Source of the DNA: Takakia lepidozioides
Lineage: Eukaryota > Plantae > Bryophyta
DNA: 12,187 bases
Reading direction: 5' to 3'
NCBI GenBank assembly: GCA_030704615.1
Contig: JAKLZA010000374.1
Span: 1 to 12,187, forward strand
Position numbers and translations under genes: made by a program. Of this stretch, positions 1 through 6,895 are shown piece by piece. Numbering within the stretch: the stretch's first letter is position 1; the number at the start of each line of letters is the position of its first letter. Under the pieces are notes generated by a model, which did no database searches, was not told the origin of the DNA, and was given only the letters and a program-made list of their open reading frames with translations.

Positions 1-1
1 G

Positions 2-255
2 AATCTCAAGGGACGGGCGGATACTTGGCATCGTATACAAAAACCAAGGCCCATGAGCTGGCATGATTTTCAAGTAGCCATAATCTTGAAATTTGGAGGA
101 GAAGATCAATCAAGTAAGATGAAGTGATGTTAGCAAGGAAGTTTGATGAGATAGATACCAATGTGGAAGAGTCTGTTACAGGGATGGAAGAGAAATTATC
201 TCTGATTGAGAAGGATAAGCATCAAACTGTTGTGTGTGATTTGCCCAATAACTAG
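2..255 (+). pseudogene. Degenerate retrotransposon gag-like fragment in the flank
   Basis: Manual translation from base 2 gives NLKGRADTWHRIQKPRPMSWHDFQVAIILKFG, matching the L.G.A..W....SW..F.....F gag pattern. An in-frame TAA follows at ~116-118, then a short open continuation. Confidence 0.4.
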
Positions 256-258
256 GCC

Positions 259-530
259 TCAGGAGGGCCTGGGCTTTGGCTCAGCCTTGAGACTTTCAAA
301 GTTGGTAAACAGAGGTACATGCACAATTCCCTTGATAGATTTGAAGAGAGCGTCTCTTTGGTGAGAGAACCCCGGACAGTGTATCAAAAAATGAGTATTG
401 TCTTCAAAATGCCCACACAACGGGCAATTGCACTCTCCCTTTCCTCTCTGCTTTTGTTTGCTGTTCAAAGGTAGGCTTCCTGCCCTGAGTTTAAATTTCA
501 GTCTAGTGCCGAGAGTGGGTAGACCTTGAG
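259..530 (-). pseudogene. C-terminal fragment of a non-LTR retrotransposon (LINE) ORF2 with CCHC zinc knuckle, cut by the large element
   Basis: LGTRLKFKLRAGSLPLN...CPLCGHFEDNTHFLIHCPGFSHQR resembles the LINE ORF2 C-terminal C-x2-C-x7-H-x4-C region. The N-terminal part of ORF 259..603 is only repeat A read in frame. Confidence 0.65.
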
Positions 531-531
531 C

Positions 532-719
532 TGTCGTGCGCATACATATCGCTACACAACTACATCGCTGTCCAAAACCACACAACACATGTGCACACCA
601 CACACTAGTATACCACTAGTCTACCACTAGTCCAGCCACTAGTCCAACCACTAGGCTACAACTAGTCAGTCACTAGGCTGCCACTACGCTGCCCACTATG
701 GCAGTCACTAGTCCACACA
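532..719 (-). repeat. Repeat A, terminal copy (188 bp, TG...CA)
   Basis: Identical by eye to 1050-1237 at a constant offset of 518. Confidence 0.97.
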
Positions 720-720
720 A

Positions 721-1047
721 TGATAAAGAAGAAGAATACAAGCACAAGCTCATGCGAGCTCACAAAGCTGAAGCATAAACTCATGCATATATAACCTCAT
801 CACTCAAATACAAGTCAAGCCAAGTGCACCCCACGCCATGGGGAATCCACACTACGGCGCCATAGCTAGGCGCGGTGAGGCTCAACTCGAGAAAGATGAG
901 CCTCCCGCGCTTGCCGTGAAGATAACCACTCCAGGGCCTAAATCTGCCTTGACCCCTGGATTGACACTTGGGCCAATCCCAAATGTCAATATGTAAAAGC
1001 TAGCTATTTCCTAGCTAGTTTCACACTAGTGGTAAAATAACTTGACA
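721..1047 (-). repeat. Repeat B, internal copy (327 bp, TG...CA)
   Basis: Near-identical to 11793-12118, with about five small differences, mostly homopolymer indels. Confidence 0.97.
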
Positions 1048-1049
1048 GC

Positions 1050-1237
1050 TGTCGTGCGCATACATATCGCTACACAACTACATCGCTGTCCAAAACCACA
1101 CAACACATGTGCACACCACACACTAGTATACCACTAGTCTACCACTAGTCCAGCCACTAGTCCAACCACTAGGCTACAACTAGTCAGTCACTAGGCTGCC
1201 ACTACGCTGCCCACTATGGCAGTCACTAGTCCACACA
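1050..1237 (-). repeat. Repeat A, internal copy. With B (721-1237) it forms a complete 517-bp 3' LTR-like unit
   Basis: Direct repeat of 532-719. Begins TGTGTGG in element sense right after the PPT. Confidence 0.95.
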
Positions 1238-1248
1238 ATCGCCCCCCT
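1238..1248 (-). promoter_or_regulatory. Polypurine tract (plus-strand primer)
   Basis: Minus strand AGGGGGGCGAT abuts the TG of repeat A, downstream of pol. Confidence 0.8.
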
Positions 1249-1497
1249 AGCTGGTGCTTAGGTCCCTCTAAGTCCAGGTAGCCACAAGATGTGATAGTGA
1301 CCATAGCCTCACTAAGTCCTCCACCACTATCCCTACTACACTCAAACTCGATAGATCAAGAGGCCGGGTGCAAGAGTTGCCCCATCGTTAGTCGCCGTCT
1401 TGCAACCTGTGAACTTGAGCTTGGGATCTCATGTATTGACTCCTATGAGCTTGGCCTCCCATGTCTTGTTAGCTGCCTCCAGTCATGTCCACTGCCA

Positions 1498-4400
1498 CTA
1501 TCCCAAGCAGTGTGGACACAACCAATCTCCGTCAGGAACCTTCTCAAGAGGTGGTGTCAAGCATCCCATATGCCAACCCCTTGAGCATCGATCACACACC
1601 AGCATGGTGGCTGCCCCTTTGGCAGACCCACAGAGCATGCACCTCAAACCTGCAGGTACCACTGCCAAGTTTGGGTCAACTCTGCCATCGACATTGGGAA
1701 GGTGACATGGCGCACAATTACGCACATGGTCTTTCCAAGTCATGCCATCCCGACCCTCTAAGATCAGGACCCCTGAGGGCAACACCTCTCGAACCCTCAG
1801 AATAACACGCCCTGCAGTAACATCCAGAGTCGTAGGAGCAGTCTGCTGCAAATAAACATAGTCACCAGGGCTAAACCTCCGAACCCCAGGACGATATCCT
1901 CCACCACGTATAGTGGCATACCTCAACGTATCACGGTGCTGTGCAATGGCAAGGTTCTCAAAAGCCATGGGCATGACTTTCTTGAACAACTCTGCACGCT
2001 GATCACATGCACGTACCCACACGTCCGGATCGTCAAGGTTAAGGACTTGAGCAGTGTCCCTACGAATGGCTGCAGGCAAATCCGGCTCTCGGCCAAAGAG
2101 AAGGAAATATGGTGAGAAGGAGGCAAGTGATGCTTGTTTGCTGAACCTGTAGCCCATGGCTAACCAAGGAACCTGAAGATCCCAATCTCCTAGGTGTCCC
2201 TTCTGCAAGCCATACTTGCGCAAACCCCTCTTCACCGTCTGAACAACTCTCTCTGCTAAGCCATCGGCCTCAGGATGATCCCGAGAAGTGGTGCGGTGGT
2301 CTATCAAGGCTTTATCACACAAAGCCTGAAACTCCCCCAAGAACTCTCTCCCTTGGTCCGTGAGTACCTCAGCTGGAGCACCAAATCGGCTAAGCACACG
2401 ATCCAAGAATGCATACGCAGCCCCCTCACTAGCCTTGTCAGGCAATGGAACCAACTCAATCCACTTGGAGAAGTGCTCCACCATCACCAACACATATCTG
2501 TGGTGGCGCATAGTCAGTGGCAACGGTCCTGCGAAGTCAAGACTCCACCTGTAGCCCAATCCCATGATAGGTAAAGGATGCAACTGTGGTGTAGGGGCGT
2601 TGAATGAAGCACGCACCCTGTCACACACCATGCACCTAGCCACAAACTGTTGCACCTCTGTATGCATACCACGCCACCAATACTGCCCCTGCAGTAAACT
2701 GTGAGTGCGTCGCACTCCAAAATGCCCCAACTCCTCATGGGCATGCCGCACTAACCGTGCACGCTGTGTGGGGTGAGGCACAATCCTCACCCGACCATCC
2801 TCCCACACTCGAAGTAGGTGTATCCCCTCCCACTTGAACCTCTTGGCTCGTTGCAGGATCCGATCCCTCTCCCTGGCAGTCACAATGGCTGCCGTGTCTC
2901 CCGTGCGGAGGTAGTCCAACACAGCCGAATCCTCATGTATATCTCTGGCACCACCTAGCTCATCACTAGCCTCAGGGTCCTCAGACACTCCGTCTACAGT
3001 CATCCTCTCACCATGCCACCGAGCTCCAGTGTCATCCTGCTGGCTCATGCATGGATTGCGACTCAATCCATCCGCATCCCGATTGACCAAACCCGGTCGA
3101 TGCACAACCTGAAAGTCATACTCCTGGAGTATAAGTGCCCACCGTGCAAGCTTCCCCGTAAGCTTGTCTGACTCCATCAACCACTTGAGTGGCTGGTGAT
3201 CCGTGACAAGGGTGAAAAGATTGCCGTATAGATAGCACCTGAAGTGTGCCACGGCCCACACTGCAGCTAAGCACTCTCCCTCATATGAGCTGTACTTAGC
3301 CTCTGCAGCGTTGTTCGAGCGGCTAGCGTAAGCCACTACGAACTCTCTTCCCTCATCATCCACCTGTGTGAGCACCGCTCCAAGCCCCAGCATGCTCCAA
3401 TCCGTATGCAGCTGAAAGGGACGCCCCCTGATAGGTCGTCTCAAGATAGGCGCCGAGGTCAACCTCGCCTTGAGCTCTTGAAAAGCTCGTTCCTGCTCAT
3501 CTTCCCACTGCCACTCCTGGTCCACCTTGGTCAGCTTGGTTAGAGCCTTTGCAATGGTACTAAATCCCTTGACAAACCGTCTATAATAGTTTGCCAACCC
3601 CATGAAAGCTCGAACTCGGCTCACATCCGTGGGGCGTGGAATTTGTGCAATGGCCTCTACCTTAGTCTGCTGTACCCCCAATCCTCCAGGATATATCATG
3701 TGACCCAGATACTCAATCTGGTTGTGGAAAAACTTGCACTTCCCCGGATGCAACTTCAATCCGTGCGCTCTCAAGCGCTCCAATACCACCTGAAGGTGTC
3801 TCTCATGCTCCTCCATCGTAACACTAAAGATGATGATGTCATCTATGTAGCACCGAGCAAAGTCCACCCCTGCTAGAATCCTATCCATGACTCTCTGAAA
3901 CTCTGCAGGAGCATTCTTAAGCCCAAATGGTAAGAACCGCCACTGATATAGGCAATCCTTGCCGTGCTCATTGATCCCCCAGAATGCCGTCTTCTGCTTG
4001 TCCGCCTCCTTGATTGGCAACTGGTGATATCCGGATCGTAAATCCAAAGTGCTAAAGGCCTTAGCATGCCCGATGGCATCAAAGATCTCCTCTGGTGTTG
4101 GCATGGCATACTTATCGGACTTGGTCTGACGATTTACAGGCCGGTAATCACCGCACATACGTCTCTCCGTCCAATTGCCATAGACATCCTTCTTGGCTGG
4201 CATCACTGTGGCTGAAGCATACTCTCCACCAGAGAGCTCCACCAAACCTGCCTCCCAGAGATCTTGAGTCCTCATCTGAATCAAAGACCTCTCCATGTCA
4301 CTATATCTATAGGGTCTCCGAAAGATTGGCGTGTCAGTGGCCAACTCAATACGGATCTCTTGACCCTTCAGTGCTCCCAAGTCCTTCAAACTGAAGGCAA

Positions 4401-4548
4401 AGCAATTCCTGTAAGCCCTCAGGAACCGCCGTATACGTCGTCTCTCTCCTCCGGTGACAATGGGTCCAATGTCAGGCTCCCAATTGTCCTCCGTAACTAC
4501 AACCTTAAGTCCAGTGGGCTTAGAGGTAGAGGACGCGTCCCGTGGTTG
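1498..4548 (-). CDS. pol: Pol: reverse transcriptase, RNase H, DDE integrase and PHD finger
   Basis: RT: RMCGDYRPVN, LDLRSGYHQ, LPFGLKNAPAEFQR, YIDD. RNase H: HTDWS, YEGECLA, TDHQPL, ADGLSR. IN: H-x4-H...CMVC, SLD/TDQG/AER. The frame is open upstream of the track start (4389, TTG) to the TAG at 4549-4551. Confidence 0.96.
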   Translation of the reverse strand, partial: QPRDASSTSKPTGLKVVVTEDNWEPDIGPIVTGGERRRIRRFLRAYRNCFAFSLKDLGALKGQEIRIELATDTPIFRRPYRYSDMERSLIQMRTQDLWEAGLVELSGGEYASATVMPAKKDVYGNWTERRMCGDYRPVNRQTKSDKYAMPTPEEIFDAIGHAKAFSTLDLRSGYHQLPIKEADKQKTAFWGINEHGKDCLYQWRFLPFGLKNAPAEFQRVMDRILAGVDFARCYIDDIIIFSVTMEEHERHLQVVLERLRAHGLKLHPGKCKFFHNQIEYLGHMIYPGGLGVQQTKVEAIAQIPRPTDVSRVRAFMGLANYYRRFVKGFSTIAKALTKLTKVDQEWQWEDEQERAFQELKARLTSAPILRRPIRGRPFQLHTDWSMLGLGAVLTQVDDEGREFVVAYASRSNNAAEAKYSSYEGECLAAVWAVAHFRCYLYGNLFTLVTDHQPLKWLMESDKLTGKLARWALILQEYDFQVVHRPGLVNRDADGLSRNPCMSQQDDTGARWHGERMTVDGVSEDPEASDELGGARDIHEDSAVLDYLRTGDTAAIVTARERDRILQRAKRFKWEGIHLLRVWEDGRVRIVPHPTQRARLVRHAHEELGHFGVRRTHSLLQGQYWWRGMHTEVQQFVARCMVCDRVRASFNAPTPQLHPLPIMGLGYRWSLDFAGPLPLTMRHHRYVLVMVEHFSKWIELVPLPDKASEGAAYAFLDRVLSRFGAPAEVLTDQGREFLGEFQALCDKALIDHRTTSRDHPEADGLAERVVQTVKRGLRKYGLQKGHLGDWDLQVPWLAMGYRFSKQASLASFSPYFLLFGREPDLPAAIRRDTAQVLNLDDPDVWVRACDQRAELFKKVMPMAFENLAIAQHRDTLRYATIRGGGYRPGVRRFSPGDYVYLQQTAPTTLDVTAGRVILRVREVLPSGVLILEGRDGMTWKDHVRNCAPCHLPNVDGRVDPNLAVVPAGLRCMLCGSAKGAATMLVCDRCSRGWHMGCLTPPLEKVPDGDWLCPHCLG
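1507..1641 (-). other. PHD finger (C4HC3) at the integrase C-terminus
   Basis: CMLC...MLVCDRCSRGWHMGCLTPPLEKVPDGDWLCPHC. Confidence 0.93.
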
Positions 4549-4551
4549 CTA
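4543..4551 (-). promoter_or_regulatory. Candidate programmed stop-codon readthrough site UAG CAA CCA
   Basis: Only stop between the same-frame MTase and pol ORFs. The 3' hexamer fits CAR-YYA. Confidence 0.7.
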
Positions 4552-6015
4552 TGCTGCAACCTCTTGAGCAGTACTCCCTACCTGCTCAGTCAATGACAAG
4601 GCATCATCCTGCCCCATCATCTCATCCTTGAGGACCTCCTCAACTCGAGAAGAATCCCCAACCTCATCCATCACAGCCGCCTTGGCTGCCAACTCCCTCT
4701 GAACCTCGAGCACCTCCCACGTGTGCCATGGATGCATGCACCCCGTGGTCCTCATATGCTCGCCCCCACTCACTGCCTGTACCGTCTCGGTAGGCAGAGA
4801 GACCATTGAGGGAAGTGTATTCCGCACTCTGCGTTGCTCAGCTAGAGCCAAGCTGATAATCCAGGTCAAGCAATTGAGATCCATTGCTTGCCCCAACACT
4901 TGACGACGTGATGCCTCAGAAAGAGACGACACCGCCGTGGTACCAGTGGTAAAACCCATTGCCCGCTCACGCTCGTCAGCATTAGGCTCCACTAACTGCT
5001 GCAACTGAGCATCCCACAGGAGGCCAGGTCCACTATCCCGGAAAGCATGCGATCCTGGGAAGCTGAGCAGTGTAGGTAATGCTGCTCGTGGTTGACCCAC
5101 CTTGTTGACCACTGCCAAAGGCGAACGGTCATCGTGTCTCACACGTTGAGACTGCCTCCCTGTGTCCAGAATGTTATCCACTGTGAGATGTGCTGGCCGC
5201 TGCACCCCATCAAATGCACGCTTGAGCAGTGCGGGTGGCATCATGTTAGTCCACCATAGCCGTGGACGATGAGCCCGTGACCCCACTGTAGCTGCATCTA
5301 GCAACACTGCTGACCCAAGCCACGACCGGACTTGATGCACACTGGCCATCACCCTGGCCCGAGAATCGCCCATCAGTGGCACATTCTCCAAGATGTATGC
5401 TGGAGATACAGCTTGATGAAGCTGCAAGTGGCGCAAAACCCGCACCATCTCCCAAAACAGACCCGACCTCGAGTCTCGCAATCCATTGCCATGCCCGGCT
5501 GATGAATGCCCTTGGCAGGGCCAACCTGCCACTACCAGATCAATGGAGCCAACCCGCTCCAAATCCTGCGCCCCCAGCAACGAAATGTCTGCTGGCAAGG
5601 CCTGCTGATATCCACGAATTGCAGACACCGACAACAACTCAGGGTACCGCTGCACCAACTGAGCAACATGGCGAAGTGAAACGCGTCGTGCAGTCTCATC
5701 CCTCTCCACATACAGGTAACGCCGAACTCGTACACCTGCCTGTAACACAGCAGCCAATCCGGTGCTGATCCCGCCAAACAAGTCCAGAAGACAAATGCCT
5801 TCATCCGGAGACTGCCACACAATAGGTGTGGTGTCCAATGGAGACAATTGAGGTGGTCCTGGTGCAATCCCCACACTCTCCTCCTCTCCTGACGGTACAA
5901 AAGCCTCCACCCAGGCTTGTTGCACCCGTCGATCAGCATCCCGCTGCAAATCCTTGCTCGTGCCCCACAATGGAGTCTGAGCAACCATGGTAGGCAACTC
6001 CGCCATACCATACAT
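4549..6015 (-). CDS. DNMT3-like DNA (cytosine-5) methyltransferase domain (~4860-5796) within the polyprotein
   Basis: Motif I LLDLFGGISTG, II YVERD, IV DLVVAGWPCQGHS (catalytic Cys at 5515-5517), VI ILENV, VIII AHRPRLWWTN, IX ERERAMGF, X RRQVLGQAM, all in canonical order. Confidence 0.92.
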   Translation of the reverse strand: MYGMAELPTMVAQTPLWGTSKDLQRDADRRVQQAWVEAFVPSGEEESVGIAPGPPQLSPLDTTPIVWQSPDEGICLLDLFGGISTGLAAVLQAGVRVRRYLYVERDETARRVSLRHVAQLVQRYPELLSVSAIRGYQQALPADISLLGAQDLERVGSIDLVVAGWPCQGHSSAGHGNGLRDSRSGLFWEMVRVLRHLQLHQAVSPAYILENVPLMGDSRARVMASVHQVRSWLGSAVLLDAATVGSRAHRPRLWWTNMMPPALLKRAFDGVQRPAHLTVDNILDTGRQSQRVRHDDRSPLAVVNKVGQPRAALPTLLSFPGSHAFRDSGPGLLWDAQLQQLVEPNADERERAMGFTTGTTAVSSLSEASRRQVLGQAMDLNCLTWIISLALAEQRRVRNTLPSMVSLPTETVQAVSGGEHMRTTGCMHPWHTWEVLEVQRELAAKAAVMDEVGDSSRVEEVLKDEMMGQDDALSLTEQVGSTAQEVAA

Positions 6016-6027
6016 GTCATCCTGCTC

Positions 6028-6895
6028 TCCGGAGGTGGTACATCCTCTGAATGAGCATTGCCCTCAAGCAACTCTCTAGGCCAACTCACTGCCGCTGTGA
6101 ATGCTGCTAGTGTCGGCATCTTGCCTCGCTGGGCAACCGCAACTCCTCCTATGAACGTCACAGGGAGCTGCACACGCCGGCCCTCCCCTGACTGCCATGC
6201 AGGCCTATAGGAAGCTGACTCCTCCCAAAAATCCAGGGTGAAGCCCATGGGGTACAACACTGCCCCACCAACCAGGACATCGTATGAGACTGCGTCTGTC
6301 ACAATGGCCTTGGCTCGCATCACTGAGCCATCTGTAGGGTGATCCGGCCGTAGTCTGATAGCCAACTCATGCCGTGTCATGCCCCGAGCCTGCTCCGATC
6401 CTCCCAGAGACGTCTGTATCTGGAAAGGACAAGGCTCCATATCCGCCTCCGTGAGGCCCAAGCCTGCAATAGCAGCTCTGCCCAGCATCAGTGGCTGAGC
6501 TCCCGAGTCCAACAAGACTCGCAGTGGCCGGTACCTCTTGCCTGCCGGTCCACTCAAACAGAAAATGCCATCCTGGTTGTCTAACATGACAACTCCAGGT
6601 GTCACCATGGCGCGCTCAATGGCTGGCCTAGCTGGCAGCTCCATCAACCTGGCAGCTGCAGCTTGCCATGGCGCCGCCGTGGCAGTCTTGACCCTCAAAT
6701 CCGAGGATCCCTCCGGCACTACACCTCCCACTATCTCCGCAGAAGATGAAGTAACCTCCCCACTCTCACAGAGTGTAGCTGCCAGCCTGAACACCTCAGC
6801 TGGTCTTATCCCCGGCGTCGCAATCATGGTAGCCGAGAACAATGGAGCCTGGCACACAGATGTGGCCGCTCCTAACAGCACACTAGCTGCCGTAG
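6028..6895 (-). CDS. Retropepsin-like aspartic protease segment, joined to its neighbours by 1-bp frameshifts
   Basis: VLLDSGA (Asp at 6507-6509), flap-like IQTSLGG and YDVLVG in ORF 5532..6881. The part of that ORF below ~6028 is off-frame overlap with the MTase. Confidence 0.85.

Noticed and set aside
532-1237. Independent mini-element (TRIM) with A as its LTRs, or a solo B inserted in a tandem
   Set aside because: No PBS or PPT inside A-B-A and no TSD. B recurs at the far end with the PBS, and A is tied to the PPT of the large element.
1249-1497. Chromodomain or env-like ORF after the PHD
   Set aside because: Stops follow almost immediately and there are no recognisable motifs.
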